Shown: in pieces, positions 1 to 10,937 of the stretch
How the letters are laid out: each line of letters begins with the position of its first letter
Position numbering within the stretch: position 1 is the first letter of the stretch
Source of the DNA: Gammaproteobacteria bacterium
GTDB taxonomy: Bacteria > Pseudomonadota > Gammaproteobacteria > CAJXQU01
Reading direction: 5' to 3'
Assembly: GCA_965238175.1 (NCBI GenBank)
Contig: CBDEGZ010000003.1
Location: 800,001 to 864,000 of the forward strand
DNA: 64,000 bases
Made by a program: the position numbers and the translations under genes
The notes under the pieces: model-generated
Database searches by the model: none
Told to the model about the DNA's origin: nothing
The model's input: the letters and a program-made list of their open reading frames with translations, nothing else

Positions 1-252
1 GGAATTCAATTTGTTGGGATAGCGGTAGATCTGCCAGATAATGTTCGATCATTTATGGAAGAAATCCCACTTAATTTCCCAAATCTGATCAGCGAAACCG
101 AAGCTATGAAAATTGCTGGTCTTTATGGAAATTCACGAGGTGCATTGCCCTATACTGTCTTTATCAATAAGTCTGGCAAAATTTCTTACACGCATACTGG
201 CGAATTAGAAAAAGCAGAGGCTGAAAAGGTACTTACTTCCCTGTTAAATTGA
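1..252 (+). CDS. TlpA-family thioredoxin-like disulfide reductase, C-terminal part (5' truncated by window edge)
   Basis: Frame open from base 1: GIQFVGIAVD...YGNSRGALPYTVFINKSGKI...GEL, a typical TlpA/ResA C-terminal half with the cis-Pro loop; lies upstream of aroQ. Confidence 0.75.
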   Translation, partial: GIQFVGIAVDLPDNVRSFMEEIPLNFPNLISETEAMKIAGLYGNSRGALPYTVFINKSGKISYTHTGELEKAEAEKVLTSLLN

Positions 253-376
253 GCTGTAACTGCAAATTATTATCAATTCTAATGTGAGCTTTTACGAACT
301 ACAGTGAACTTCAGGTTTGTTGTTAAATACATTGATGTTTAACACTTCATAAAGAAATACGTGCTAACATTATTTA

Positions 377-1426
377 ATGATGCAACGCACAAATAATATG
401 AGAAAACCTGAAGTTGAGCACAAACCGATCAATTTGGCGCTCCAGGGGGGAGGTGCGCATGGCGCATTCACATGGGGAGTGCTTGATCGCCTCCTTGAAG
501 CCGATTGTTTTTATATAGAAGGGATAAGTGGGACCAGTGCTGGAGCTATGAATGCAACGGTGATGGCATACGGGTATTTGTTGGGAGGTCGGGAAGGAGC
601 ACGAGAAAAGTTGGCGGAATTTTGGCATGAGCTTACAAGGAAGAGTTTCAGTGACGTGCATAGCCTTGGATATGATAAACTTCCCGGGGTGGATTTATCT
701 CCCTCGTTTGCCATTTTCCGATCTCTTGGTTGGTTTCTATCACCATACCAGTTTAACCCACTTGCTTTTGATCCATTACGGGATATTGTCGAAAAGGTGA
801 TCGATTTTGAACACTTGCAAAAAGAAAATCCCATCAAATTATTTATCGCGACAACACAGGTACGCACAGGAAAAATAAGGATCTTTGAGAATCATGAGTT
901 AACCTCTGATGCACTACTCGCTTCTGCATGTTTGCCTTTGATGCACCACGCAATAGAAATTGAGGGCGAAGCCTATTGGGATGGTGGATTTTCAGGAAAC
1001 CCTGCGGTTTATCCTCTGATTCATAACTGTAAGAGCGATGATATTGTTGTGGTTTTATTATCTCCTTTAGAGATAAAAGCGAATCCAATGAATGCCGAAG
1101 ATATAAGAAACAGGGTGAGTGACTTAAGTTTTAATGCTGCTTTTCTAAGAGAGATGCGAGCAATTGCGGACTCTAAAGTAAGGTACGGAAATGGTGTTGT
1201 CACTTGGGGTAAGCTAGAAAAGAAATTGAGAGACACTAAAATACATTTGATTGAAGCTGAAAACCTGATGAAAAATCTTAGCCATGGAAGCAAATTGGAT
1301 ACATCGCGAGCATTTCTGAATATGCTATTTGAAGAAGGACGTGATCATGCTGATAAATGGTTAGGTGAAAATTTTAGTGGAATAGGTTCTCATTCGACAA
1401 TTAATTTGATGGAATTATTTGTTTAG
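377..1426 (+). CDS. Patatin-like phospholipase/esterase
   Basis: LALQGGGAHG oxyanion motif, GTSAG nucleophile elbow and DGG catalytic Asp motif. Confidence 0.9.
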   Translation: MMQRTNNMRKPEVEHKPINLALQGGGAHGAFTWGVLDRLLEADCFYIEGISGTSAGAMNATVMAYGYLLGGREGAREKLAEFWHELTRKSFSDVHSLGYDKLPGVDLSPSFAIFRSLGWFLSPYQFNPLAFDPLRDIVEKVIDFEHLQKENPIKLFIATTQVRTGKIRIFENHELTSDALLASACLPLMHHAIEIEGEAYWDGGFSGNPAVYPLIHNCKSDDIVVVLLSPLEIKANPMNAEDIRNRVSDLSFNAAFLREMRAIADSKVRYGNGVVTWGKLEKKLRDTKIHLIEAENLMKNLSHGSKLDTSRAFLNMLFEEGRDHADKWLGENFSGIGSHSTINLMELFV

Positions 1427-1716
1427 TTTGGCTCAATCTCTTCAATGTAACTTCTGCCGATAGGCGTTTGAACGTATTTTTTCTTCCCGTCAATGGTTGC
1501 CCAAAAAAAGTAATAACCTTTTGAAGGTTCGGAAGTGACTTTGCCATCGACAACGATCCATTCTTTTACATGAGTACCATCCGCGTAGGTGACTTTATAA
1601 TTTCCTTCAAGCCAGGATACGCCCAGGCGAGATAACTTATTTTGCTGTTCTTCAGAACAGCCAGAGAGAAATAAAACTGCTGTAAGTAGTAGTACTAGTT
1701 TTAAAACATTATTCAT
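1423..1716 (-). CDS. Small hypothetical lipoprotein
   Basis: Probable start ATG 1716 (MNNVLKLVLLLTAVLFLSGC) gives a hydrophobic signal and LSGC lipobox; the ORF track extends it to 1761. Confidence 0.7.
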   Translation of the reverse strand: MNNVLKLVLLLTAVLFLSGCSEEQQNKLSRLGVSWLEGNYKVTYADGTHVKEWIVVDGKVTSEPSKGYYFFWATIDGKKKYVQTPIGRSYIEEIEPN

Positions 1717-1804
1717 CTTTAATATTCCTGGAGAGTTAAAAATAGTCGATTTTGTAGCCAATTGCTGCTAAAATTCTGCCATCTTCGCGTAAATGGTAAT
1801 TTTG

Positions 1805-2248
1805 ATGTCAAAATTCCTGATTTTGAATGGCCCTAATCTTAATTTGCTTGGAACACGTGAACCAGAAGTCTATGGTAGCACTACTCTTGCAGATATAGAG
1901 CAGCATTTGAGAAGTGTGGCGAAGAAAAAGAAACATAAATTAGCGTTTTCACAATCAAATGCGGAACATGATTTAGTTTCAAAAATTCATTCGGCTGTGG
2001 ACGATAATATTGATTTTATTATCATTAATCCAGCGGCTTTTACCCATACCAGCGTAGCTTTACGCGATGCTTTTTTGGGCGTGAAAATTCCTTTTATAGA
2101 AGTGCATTTATCTAATGTACATGCACGTGAAGATTTTCGACAACATTCCTACCTGTCAGATATTGCAATTGGAGTGATCTGTGGATTAGGTGTAGACGGC
2201 TATGAATTTGCTCTGCTGGCAGGTATTAACCACTTAAATAAGGGTTGA
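1805..2248 (+). CDS. aroQ: Type II 3-dehydroquinate dehydratase
   Basis: [27 protein letters not shown] and EVHLSN motifs; upstream of accB. Confidence 0.97.
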   Translation: MSKFLILNGPNLNLLGTREPEVYGSTTLADIEQHLRSVAKKKKHKLAFSQSNAEHDLVSKIHSAVDDNIDFIIINPAAFTHTSVALRDAFLGVKIPFIEVHLSNVHAREDFRQHSYLSDIAIGVICGLGVDGYEFALLAGINHLNKG

Positions 2249-2252
2249 AAAA

Positions 2253-2690
2253 ATGGATATACGAAAAGTAAAAAAACTGATCGAACTGTTGGAAGAGTCT
2301 GGCATTGCTGAGATCGAAATCAAAGAAGGTGAAGAGTCGGTACGTATTTCTCGTCAGGGAAGTGCCGTCGCAGCACCAGCACCGATGATGGCTGCGACGG
2401 TTGCTGCTCCAACACCCATGGCAGAAGCACCTGTGGCACCTGTTGTTGAAGATAACTCAAAGGCAATAACTTCACCGATGGTGGGCACTTTTTATCTTGC
2501 TTCTTCACCAGGATCTGCACCGTTTGCAAGTGTTGGTCAATCGGTTAAAAAAGGCGATGTGATATGTATTATCGAAGCGATGAAGATAATGAATCAGATT
2601 GAATCTGATCGTGACGGGGTTATTAAATCAATTCCTGCCGTAGATGGTCAGCCAGTCGAATTCGGACAACCACTTTTTATTATTGGATAG
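2253..2690 (+). CDS. accB: Acetyl-CoA carboxylase biotin carboxyl carrier protein
   Basis: MDIRKVKKLIEL N-terminus, SPMVGTFY, EAMKIMN biotinyl-Lys motif. Confidence 0.97.
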   Translation: MDIRKVKKLIELLEESGIAEIEIKEGEESVRISRQGSAVAAPAPMMAATVAAPTPMAEAPVAPVVEDNSKAITSPMVGTFYLASSPGSAPFASVGQSVKKGDVICIIEAMKIMNQIESDRDGVIKSIPAVDGQPVEFGQPLFIIG

Positions 2691-2699
2691 AGGTTCGCA

Positions 2700-4043
2700 A
2701 TGTTAGAAAAAATTGTTATTGCGAATCGTGGAGAAATCGCGTTACGTATACTTCGCGCTTGTCGCGAAATGGGCATCAAGACTGTTGCCGTTCACTCCGA
2801 AGCGGATCGTGATCTAAAACACGTTCGACTTGCAGATGAATCTGTTTGTATTGGCCCAGCATCTTCAACTGATAGTTATCTGAATGTTCCTGCTGTACTT
2901 AGTGCAGCTGAAGTGACAGATGCAGTTGCTATTCACCCCGGATATGGTTTTCTTTCGGAAAATGCTGAATTCGCTGATCGCGTTGAAAAAAGTGGTTTTA
3001 TCTTTATCGGCCCTAAAGCTGAGACCATTGAAATCATGGGTGACAAGGTCTCCGCGATTAGAGCGATGAAGGAATCTGGTGTGCCTTGCGTACCAGGATC
3101 TGACGGTATTATTAATGACGATATGATCAGAAATAAACGACTCGCAAAAGAGATCGGTTATCCAATCATCATCAAAGCCACTGCCGGTGGTGGCGGTCGT
3201 GGAATGCGTGTTGTTCATACGGAAGCTGAATTACAAGGCTCTATCGCTCTTACCCAGACAGAAGCAAAAAATGCTTTTGGAAATGGTGATGTTTATCTGG
3301 AAAAATTTCTCCAAAAACCACGTCATGTTGAGATCCAGGTGCTGGCAGATACACATGGGAATGTTATCCACCTTTGTGAGCGTGATTGCTCAACACAACG
3401 ACGTAATCAAAAAGTGATAGAGGAAGCACCTGCTCCTGGAATTACGCCAGAGTTACGTGCGGAGATCGGTGCAAGATGTGTTGATGCATGTAAAAAAATT
3501 AACTATCGCAGTGCTGGTACATTTGAATTTCTTTTTCAGGATGATGAATTTTACTTTATAGAAATGAATACACGTGTTCAGGTTGAACATCCGGTAACTG
3601 AAATGATCACTGGTGTGGATATTGTCAAAGAGCAATTACGGATCGCTGATGGTGAGAAACTGAACTACACACAAAACGATATTGAGGTACGAGGCCATTC
3701 GGTTGAATGCCGGATCAATGCTGAAGATCCAAAAACCTTTATGCCATCGCCGGGTACAATTACTATGTATCATCCACCGGGTGGTCCTGGTATTCGTATG
3801 GAAACACATATTTATGACGGTTATAAAGTGCCACCTTATTATGACTCCATGATTGGGAAATTGGTTACTCATGGTGAAACCAGAGATGCAGCGTTAGCAA
3901 AAATGCGTAGTGCACTTTCTGAGCTGGTCATCGAAGGAATAAAAACAAATATTCCTCTACACCTGGATATGCTGGCTGATAAGGGGTTTTGTGAAGGTGG
4001 AATAGATATCCACTATTTGGAGAAAAAACTGGGGATGCAGTAA
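2700..4043 (+). CDS. accC: Biotin carboxylase
   Basis: [36 protein letters not shown]. Confidence 0.98.
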   Translation: MLEKIVIANRGEIALRILRACREMGIKTVAVHSEADRDLKHVRLADESVCIGPASSTDSYLNVPAVLSAAEVTDAVAIHPGYGFLSENAEFADRVEKSGFIFIGPKAETIEIMGDKVSAIRAMKESGVPCVPGSDGIINDDMIRNKRLAKEIGYPIIIKATAGGGGRGMRVVHTEAELQGSIALTQTEAKNAFGNGDVYLEKFLQKPRHVEIQVLADTHGNVIHLCERDCSTQRRNQKVIEEAPAPGITPELRAEIGARCVDACKKINYRSAGTFEFLFQDDEFYFIEMNTRVQVEHPVTEMITGVDIVKEQLRIADGEKLNYTQNDIEVRGHSVECRINAEDPKTFMPSPGTITMYHPPGGPGIRMETHIYDGYKVPPYYDSMIGKLVTHGETRDAALAKMRSALSELVIEGIKTNIPLHLDMLADKGFCEGGIDIHYLEKKLGMQ

Positions 4044-4098
4044 TTTCAGGGACTTTCGAAATTAACCAGATCTTCCCTAATCCACTTGCAGGTTTTTC

Positions 4099-5028
4099 AT
4101 GAACCAAATTAGCCACTGGGTTCAGCTGGTTTTTATCACTGATCCAGAAACTTCTGTAACTCTATCCGACGCATTAGAAGCAGCGGGTTCTGCTGCTGTT
4201 ACACTTCTTGATGCGGCGGATCAGGCCTTATTCGATATTGGTCAGGAAGAAATTGAGTTATGGGATCAAGTGCGGCTGATTGCATTATTTGATACCGAAT
4301 TACTGAAATCAGAGGCAGATCTCGATCAGATCTTGCAGCAATTAAAAAATCAGGTTAAAAATATTCCACCTTATGAACTTGTCCCACTAGAGAACGAAGA
4401 TTGGGAACGCACATGGATGACGCGTTTTAAGCCAATGCGGTTTGGTGAAAATGTCTGGATCTGCCCAACGTGGGAAACACCACCTGATCCAGATGCGATC
4501 AATTTAATCCTCGATCCAGGTATGGCTTTCGGTACAGGAACTCATGAAACGACTTCACTTTGTCTGACCTGGTTGGCTAACAATCAAGCTTCGATCAAAA
4601 ATAAAAATGTGATTGATTATGGTTGTGGCTCCGGTATCTTAGCGATTGCAGCAGCCAGGTTAGGCGCTGAATCTGTTTGGGCCGTAGACATCGAACAACA
4701 GGCATTAGACAGCACAAAAGAAAATGCGCGATCAAATCTTGTATTGGGAAAATTGAGTATTTCCAGTCCGAATTTGGAATTGCAATTAGATGGTGGAAAT
4801 AATATAAAAGCAGAATTATTGATCGCCAATATTCTTGCAAATCCTCTAATCAAATTAGCCTCTTTGTTTGCTGACTATTCCTTGCCAGGAGGGAAGATTA
4901 TTTTGTCAGGCATTCTCCAGGAGCAAGTGCCACAGATCCTGGATGCATACCAGTTGTTTTATTCTTTTACAGTACCGCAATATAAGAATGAGTGGTCATT
5001 GCTGGAAGGCACGCGTAGAACTCAGTAA
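4099..5028 (+). CDS. prmA: Ribosomal protein L11 methyltransferase
   Basis: LDPGMAFGTGTHETT, DYGCGSGIL, ANILA; follows accC. Confidence 0.96.
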   Translation: MNQISHWVQLVFITDPETSVTLSDALEAAGSAAVTLLDAADQALFDIGQEEIELWDQVRLIALFDTELLKSEADLDQILQQLKNQVKNIPPYELVPLENEDWERTWMTRFKPMRFGENVWICPTWETPPDPDAINLILDPGMAFGTGTHETTSLCLTWLANNQASIKNKNVIDYGCGSGILAIAAARLGAESVWAVDIEQQALDSTKENARSNLVLGKLSISSPNLELQLDGGNNIKAELLIANILANPLIKLASLFADYSLPGGKIILSGILQEQVPQILDAYQLFYSFTVPQYKNEWSLLEGTRRTQ

Positions 5029-5037
5029 AATCACAGC

Positions 5038-6048
5038 ATGATCACACACTGTCTTGAGTGCGACACATATTTTCGTGTCAGTGCAGAACAACTAAAAACA
5101 GCTAACGGACAGGTTAAATGCGGCTGTTGTATGAGAGTGTTTAATGCACTGGAATCTCTACTCGATAATTCTGAAAGTTCAGACAGCTCGGATAGTACTG
5201 AGACTATCCATAAAGAAACAATTGGATCTGCCTTACTCGGAACTAATAAAGATCTACCTGTGCATGTCGACGAAGTATTTGTTATAGAAGAGCATGAAGC
5301 CACAGTAGAAGAACTTCCTGAAGTTATTTTAGAGACAGCGATTGATACTAATGATACAAATTTAACTTTATACGCTGACCTTTCCGAAGAAGATGATGAT
5401 ATCGAAGAAGAATTAATTGCAGTGGTTGCTGGTATTACTGCTGATACTCAAAAAAGTGTCTACGCAGAGACGGAAAATCTTATTGGTGAAAGCGATGAAG
5501 ACGATTCTGATGACGCATCGCTTTTCGGTATTACAATAGAAGAGGAGTTGGTTGGGTTAAATAATCCTCCTGAACTTCAGAAACAATCAAGTTGGATATG
5601 GCCTGGTGCAAGTATATTCATGTTTGCGTTGCTGATTTTTCAGTTTTTGAATTTTAATATCGAAAGTATGTTAAAAAAATCTCCACAACTAGAACCACTT
5701 TGTGGATTTTTGGATTGCCCCGTTGTAAAAGAGCTTCAAAATGTTTCAACTATAAAGTTGATATCACGCGATGTTCGCGAACACCCTCAATTTATAGACG
5801 TTTTATTGATCAATGCTACATTAATAAATAGTACTGAAACGCGTAAATCTTTTCCTAAATTACAGCTAGACTTATACGACAAGGTTGGGAGATCGATTGG
5901 GGATCGTCTATTTCTACCAGATGAATATTTAGACAGTAGTATTGACCTTGATGTTGGTATGAAACCTGATTTGCCAGTTCATATTGTCCTTGAAGTAATG
6001 GGTTCTGGCGAAGTAGCCAGTAGTTTTGAATTTACATTCTTAGAATAG
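5038..6048 (+). CDS. MJ0042-type zinc-ribbon and DUF3426-like membrane protein
   Basis: N-terminal CxxC...CxxC (CLEC...CGCC), acidic linker, one TM helix, C-terminal domain with P.EYL; usual position between prmA and dusB. Confidence 0.85.
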   Translation: MITHCLECDTYFRVSAEQLKTANGQVKCGCCMRVFNALESLLDNSESSDSSDSTETIHKETIGSALLGTNKDLPVHVDEVFVIEEHEATVEELPEVILETAIDTNDTNLTLYADLSEEDDDIEEELIAVVAGITADTQKSVYAETENLIGESDEDDSDDASLFGITIEEELVGLNNPPELQKQSSWIWPGASIFMFALLIFQFLNFNIESMLKKSPQLEPLCGFLDCPVVKELQNVSTIKLISRDVREHPQFIDVLLINATLINSTETRKSFPKLQLDLYDKVGRSIGDRLFLPDEYLDSSIDLDVGMKPDLPVHIVLEVMGSGEVASSFEFTFLE

Positions 6049-6065
6049 GTTTGTAGCTATTAAAA

Positions 6066-7055
6066 ATGATCAAAAGTACATTTCCAAAAATTGTTCTTGC
6101 ACCGATGGCTGGTATTACTGATCGTCCATTTAGAATTTTATGTCGACAGTATGGAGCTGAACAAACCACCTCGGAAATGGTGTCTGCAAATCCCGCGTTA
6201 AGAAATACAAAAAAGAGCCAGCAACGATTAGATTATAAAGATGAGATCGGCTTGAAAATTATTCAAATTGTAGGTACAGATCCTCAAACCATGGCTGAAG
6301 CGGCACGTTATAATATTGATCAAGGTGCCGAAGTTATCAATATTAATATGGGATGTCCGGCAAAAAAAGTTTGTAATGTTATGGCGGGATCAGCACTACT
6401 TAAGAATGAAAAATTAGTAACGCAAATTTTGGAAGCCGTGGTTAATGCCATTGATATTCCTGTGACTTTGAAGATACGAACAGGAGTAGATCCTGAAAAT
6501 CGCAACGGTGTTGAGATTGCACGCATTGCTGAAGCCTCTGGTATTCAATCACTAGCAGTACATGGAAGGACGAGAGCTTGTGCCTACCGAGGACAAGCTG
6601 AATACGAAACGATACGCAAAATAAAAAAGACTATTTCGATTCCAGTTTATGCTAACGGCGATATTTCCAGTCCCCAAAAGGCAAAGCAGGTTTTGGATTT
6701 TACGGGTGTTGATGGTGTAATGGTTGGTCGTGCTTCACAAGGTAACCCATGGATTTTTGATCAAATAAAATATTTTTTAGAGACAGGCTCAGAACTTGAT
6801 CTGCCTGGTATAGAAGAAACTGAAGCTACGATGCTTAGACATCTAATGAGTCTTTATGAATTTTATGGAGAATATTCTGGTTTGCGAATTGCACGTAAAC
6901 ATATTCGTTGGTATTTAGAAAAGCTACCAGATAAGTACCAACGGATTAGTAAAAATAACTGGCAGCAAATATCACGGGTTGATAGTATAGAGTCTCAGTT
7001 GCATTTAGTTGCTAAGTATTTTGAGGCAATAAAAATAAATACATTTGCCGCATAA
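6066..7055 (+). CDS. dusB: tRNA-dihydrouridine synthase B
   Basis: LAPMAGITD, NMGCPAKKV, HGRT, ANGDI; upstream of fis. Confidence 0.96.
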   Translation: MIKSTFPKIVLAPMAGITDRPFRILCRQYGAEQTTSEMVSANPALRNTKKSQQRLDYKDEIGLKIIQIVGTDPQTMAEAARYNIDQGAEVININMGCPAKKVCNVMAGSALLKNEKLVTQILEAVVNAIDIPVTLKIRTGVDPENRNGVEIARIAEASGIQSLAVHGRTRACAYRGQAEYETIRKIKKTISIPVYANGDISSPQKAKQVLDFTGVDGVMVGRASQGNPWIFDQIKYFLETGSELDLPGIEETEATMLRHLMSLYEFYGEYSGLRIARKHIRWYLEKLPDKYQRISKNNWQQISRVDSIESQLHLVAKYFEAIKINTFAA

Positions 7056-7070
7056 CACCTATGGGCTCAC

Positions 7071-7346
7071 ATGAAGAATAAAAAAAATAAAGTGGAACAA
7101 GAAGACAATAGTAGTAACTCAGCGCTCTCTAAGTGTATTCGCAAAACATTAAAAACATACTTCAAAGATCTTGATGGTCATCCATCCGGTAATTTGTACG
7201 ACATGGTATTGGCCGAAACAGAAAAACCGATGTTAGAAGTCGTAATGAACGAAACAGGCCACAATGTGACAAAAACAGCAGAAATATTAGGACTTAATCG
7301 CGGAACCTTGCGCAAGAAGCTTCAGAAGTACGATATCCAAAAATAA
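7071..7346 (+). CDS. fis: Fis DNA-binding protein
   Basis: LYDMVL..E.PML and [15 protein letters not shown]; dusB-fis order. Confidence 0.93.
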   Translation: MKNKKNKVEQEDNSSNSALSKCIRKTLKTYFKDLDGHPSGNLYDMVLAETEKPMLEVVMNETGHNVTKTAEILGLNRGTLRKKLQKYDIQK

Positions 7347-7363
7347 CACCCGAGAAAATATTC

Positions 7364-8935
7364 ATGACGATCAAAATTAGGCGCGCATTAATCAGCGTTT
7401 CTGATAAAGCTGGTATTATTGAACTGGCGGAATCACTTTCTGATTTAGGCGTGGAAATCCTGTCCACTGGCGGTACGGCAAAATTGATCGCTGATCAAAA
7501 TATCGTTGTGAAAGAAGTTTCGGAACACACGGGTTTTCCAGAAATGATGGGTGGTCGTGTTAAAACCTTGCATCCAAAAATTCATGGTGGGATCCTCGGT
7601 CGGCGCGGACAAGATGATGAAGTTATGTCTGAACACAATATTGATCCGATTGATCTTATTGTTGTGAACCTTTACCCATTCGAAGCAACAATTTCAAAAC
7701 CGGAATGCTCTCTTGAAGACGCGATAGAAAACATCGATATTGGTGGTCCGACAATGGTTAGAGCGGCGGCAAAAAATCATGCAAATGTTGCTATTGTTGT
7801 TGATCCAAAAGATTATGAAAAAGTTATCGAAGAAATAAATTCACACGACGGGATCAAAAAAGAAACCTGTTTTAAGTTAGCCACAAAAGCGTTTGAACAC
7901 ACCGCAAGATATGATGGCATGATTGCAAATTATTTGGGTGCGATTGTCGAGAATGATAAGGAAGGCGGAGACAGGTCTGCGTGCTTTCCATCCACATTCA
8001 ATGTCCAATTTAAGAAGGTGCAAACTATGCGCTATGGTGAAAACCCTCACCAACGAGCGGCTTTCTTTGTCTCTGAGAATCAAACCGAAGCAAGCATTTC
8101 TACGGCGAAACAAATTCAGGGCAAAGCACTTTCATACAATAATATCGCTGATACCGATGCTGCGTTGGAATGTGTGAAACAATTTGAACAACCAACATGT
8201 GTGATCGTTAAACATGCAAACCCCTGTGGTGTTGCTGTCAATGAAAGTTTATTAGCCGCTTACGATCGTGCGTATCAAACGGATCCTGAATCTGCCTTCG
8301 GCGGCATTATTGCGTTTAATCGTGAACTTGATGCTGAAACTACAAAATCAATTATTGATCGTCAATTTGTTGAAGTGATCATAGCGCCGGCGGCATCGTC
8401 GGAAGCCATTGAAATATTAAAATCAAAAGAAAATGTGCGATTACTCACCTGTGGTGAATTTAGTGGATCTGCTGCTCGATATGATTACAAACGAGTCAAC
8501 GGTGGTTTGCTAGTTCAAGATGCAGATCTTCTTTTACATCAAGATTTAAAAATCGTCAGTAAGCGTCAACCTTCTGATGACGAGATGCGTGATTTATTGT
8601 TTGCCTGGAAAATCGCAAAATTCATAAAATCAAATGCCATTATTTACGCAAAAAATAATATGACGATAGGTGTCGGTGCCGGACAAATGAGCCGTATTAA
8701 TTCAGCCCGTATTGCAGGTATCAAAGCTGAACATGCAGGTCTTGAAGTTAAAGGATCTGCGATGGCTTCTGATGCATTTTTCCCATTTCGTGATGGTATC
8801 GACGCAGCTGCCGAAGCGGGAATAGCAGCGGTAATTCAACCTGGTGGTTCCATGCGTGATGATGAAGTGATAGCCGCAGCAGATGCAGCTGGCATGGCAA
8901 TGGTATTTACCGGAATGCGTCACTTTAGGCACTAG
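7364..8935 (+). CDS. purH: Bifunctional AICAR transformylase/IMP cyclohydrolase
   Basis: [33 protein letters not shown]-terminal RHFRH. Confidence 0.98.
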   Translation: MTIKIRRALISVSDKAGIIELAESLSDLGVEILSTGGTAKLIADQNIVVKEVSEHTGFPEMMGGRVKTLHPKIHGGILGRRGQDDEVMSEHNIDPIDLIVVNLYPFEATISKPECSLEDAIENIDIGGPTMVRAAAKNHANVAIVVDPKDYEKVIEEINSHDGIKKETCFKLATKAFEHTARYDGMIANYLGAIVENDKEGGDRSACFPSTFNVQFKKVQTMRYGENPHQRAAFFVSENQTEASISTAKQIQGKALSYNNIADTDAALECVKQFEQPTCVIVKHANPCGVAVNESLLAAYDRAYQTDPESAFGGIIAFNRELDAETTKSIIDRQFVEVIIAPAASSEAIEILKSKENVRLLTCGEFSGSAARYDYKRVNGGLLVQDADLLLHQDLKIVSKRQPSDDEMRDLLFAWKIAKFIKSNAIIYAKNNMTIGVGAGQMSRINSARIAGIKAEHAGLEVKGSAMASDAFFPFRDGIDAAAEAGIAAVIQPGGSMRDDEVIAAADAAGMAMVFTGMRHFRH

Positions 8936-8953
8936 ATCAATAGGAAATAGCAC

Positions 8954-10243
8954 ATGAAAATTTTGATCATAGGCGGCGGCGGAAGAGAACATGCGCTGGC
9001 ATGGAAAGCAGCTCAGTCGAATTGTGTAGAACATGTCTTCGTTGCACCCGGAAATGCAGGAACTTACCGAGAAGACAAAGTCAGCAACGTTAATATTGGT
9101 GCTGAAGATCTTTCTGGTTTAAAAGATTTCGCTCTAAAAAATAGAATTGATCTGACAATCGTCGGGCCAGAAGCGCCACTTTGCATGGGTATTGTAGATC
9201 AATTTGAAGCAGTAAATCTTAAATGTTTTGGTCCAACAGCTTCTGCTGCAATCCTTGAAGGATCAAAAACCTTTGCGAAGAATTTTATGTTCCGTCATGG
9301 GATCCCGACAGCTGCAAGTGAAACTTTCACAGAAACAGATCCTGCTATCGAGCGAATTAAAAACAAAGGCGTTCCTATCGTTGTAAAAGCGGATGGGCTG
9401 GCTGCTGGTAAAGGTGTTGTAATTGCACAAACAGAAGCCGAGGCAATCCAAGCTGTCAAAGATATGTTGGCCGGAAATGCTTTTGGAGAGGCTGGTCACT
9501 CCGTCGTAATCGAAGAATTTTTAACCGGTGAAGAAGCCAGCTTTATTGTGATGACGGATGGGAAAACGATTTTACCCCTGGCGACATCGCAAGATCATAA
9601 AGCCAGAGATGAAGGTGATACTGGACCCAATACGGGTGGCATGGGGGCTTATTCTCCAGCGCCAGTGGTAACACCTGAATTGCATGATCGAATTATGAAT
9701 GAGGTTATAAAGCCAGTTGTGGATGGTATGGCTGTTGAAGGGTGTACCTACAAGGGGTTTCTATATGCCGGCATCATGGTTGCAGAAGATGGGACGCCGA
9801 ACGTGCTTGAATTCAATTGTCGTTTTGGAGATCCAGAAACTCAACCGATCATGATGCGTTTGAATTCTGATCTGGCGGTACTGTGTGAAGCGGCGGTGGA
9901 TGGCGAGCTAGAGGGCAAAACTGCTGAATGGGATCCTCGTTCAGCGCTTGGCGTTGTTCTGGCAGCGGAAGGTTATCCCGATTCGCCTCGAAAAGGCGAT
10001 GTTATTAAGGGACTGGATAGTGATCAAATGGATCAATCAACGGCCAAGGTTTTTCATGCAGGTACAACTAACAAAAATGGCGATATCCTAACTGCAGGTG
10101 GTCGCGTACTTTGTGTTAGTGCTTTGAGTGATTCGGTAAAAGAAGCTCAACAGAAAGCCTATGCAAAAGTAGATAAGATTAGTTGGGATGGCATGTTTTA
10201 TCGCAAAGATATCGGCCATAAAGCGATTACAAGAGAAAGTTAA
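8954..10243 (+). CDS. purD: Phosphoribosylamine-glycine ligase
   Basis: GGGGREHAL, KADGLAAGKGV, GPNTGGMGAY, EFNCRFGDPE. Confidence 0.98.
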   Translation: MKILIIGGGGREHALAWKAAQSNCVEHVFVAPGNAGTYREDKVSNVNIGAEDLSGLKDFALKNRIDLTIVGPEAPLCMGIVDQFEAVNLKCFGPTASAAILEGSKTFAKNFMFRHGIPTAASETFTETDPAIERIKNKGVPIVVKADGLAAGKGVVIAQTEAEAIQAVKDMLAGNAFGEAGHSVVIEEFLTGEEASFIVMTDGKTILPLATSQDHKARDEGDTGPNTGGMGAYSPAPVVTPELHDRIMNEVIKPVVDGMAVEGCTYKGFLYAGIMVAEDGTPNVLEFNCRFGDPETQPIMMRLNSDLAVLCEAAVDGELEGKTAEWDPRSALGVVLAAEGYPDSPRKGDVIKGLDSDQMDQSTAKVFHAGTTNKNGDILTAGGRVLCVSALSDSVKEAQQKAYAKVDKISWDGMFYRKDIGHKAITRES

Positions 10244-10272
10244 AAAGCTTCCGGAGATTTTCATCCCCGGAA
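10243..10272 (-). terminator. Probable intrinsic terminator of the cytochrome gene (between convergent genes)
   Basis: Minus strand reads TTCCGGGGAT-GAAA-ATCTCCGGAA followed by GCTTTTT. Confidence 0.6.
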
Positions 10273-10291
10273 ATTCATTTCGTGTAGCTCG

Positions 10292-10804
10292 TTATTTTAC
10301 AGATGCTTTGAGCTGCGCGTGTGTAAATAGTTCGTCAGCAGACTCTAGTGGTATATGGCAAGAAGCACAATCAAGGTCATTTTTCTTTGGCTGTCCATCG
10401 GGTGTGTAGATTGCAAAGCCCCATTCATCAGCGCGGTGGGTTGATGGATATTTATCTGACCAATCAATACTTTTTTCCATAACTGCGACCGCAGCAAGAG
10501 CACCTTTTTCGTGGACACCATTAGCACCCATAATGGTTTTGCCGTCTGCATCTTTTTTGAATTTGTAAATTTCCATGATGATGCGTGAACCCGGAACCAG
10601 CTCATCGCCGTATTGAATACTTTTCATTGCCGGTTCATTCGCATAAAGCATGGCAACCTGTTTACCATTATTACGATCTAAAGTGGTGTAATTTGTATCG
10701 GTTTTTTTATAGTCTGTTGGAAAAGGAACAAACTCTGGGTCACCGCCAGCAAAAGCTGCTGTGGTTATGCATATGGATACTAGTGTTAACAATAATTTTT
10801 TCAT
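10292..10804 (-). CDS. Periplasmic cytochrome P460/c'-beta family heme protein
   Basis: Signal peptide, FP.DYK, GSRIIMEIYK, VMEK, WGFA.Y and a single C-terminal CASCH heme motif. Confidence 0.85.
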   Translation of the reverse strand: MKKLLLTLVSICITTAAFAGGDPEFVPFPTDYKKTDTNYTTLDRNNGKQVAMLYANEPAMKSIQYGDELVPGSRIIMEIYKFKKDADGKTIMGANGVHEKGALAAVAVMEKSIDWSDKYPSTHRADEWGFAIYTPDGQPKKNDLDCASCHIPLESADELFTHAQLKASVK

Positions 10805-10852
10805 CGTCTTAGCTCCTCTTTTTATTTAATATGTTTGCATTTGTATTGTGTA

Positions 10853-10878
10853 CAATATAATTGCATGCAATTATATTG
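10853..10878. promoter_or_regulatory. Perfect 26-bp palindrome, likely operator of the adjacent OhrR/MarR regulator
   Basis: CAATATAATTGCATGCAATTATATTG equals its own reverse complement; the overlapping TACAATATAATTGCA resembles the OhrR box TACAATT-N-AATTGTA. Confidence 0.7.
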
Positions 10879-10937
10879 GTGTCAATAAATATGCTAAAAA
10901 TGTCTAGCGATAATTTCAACGTTGAAGGAAAAAGATC

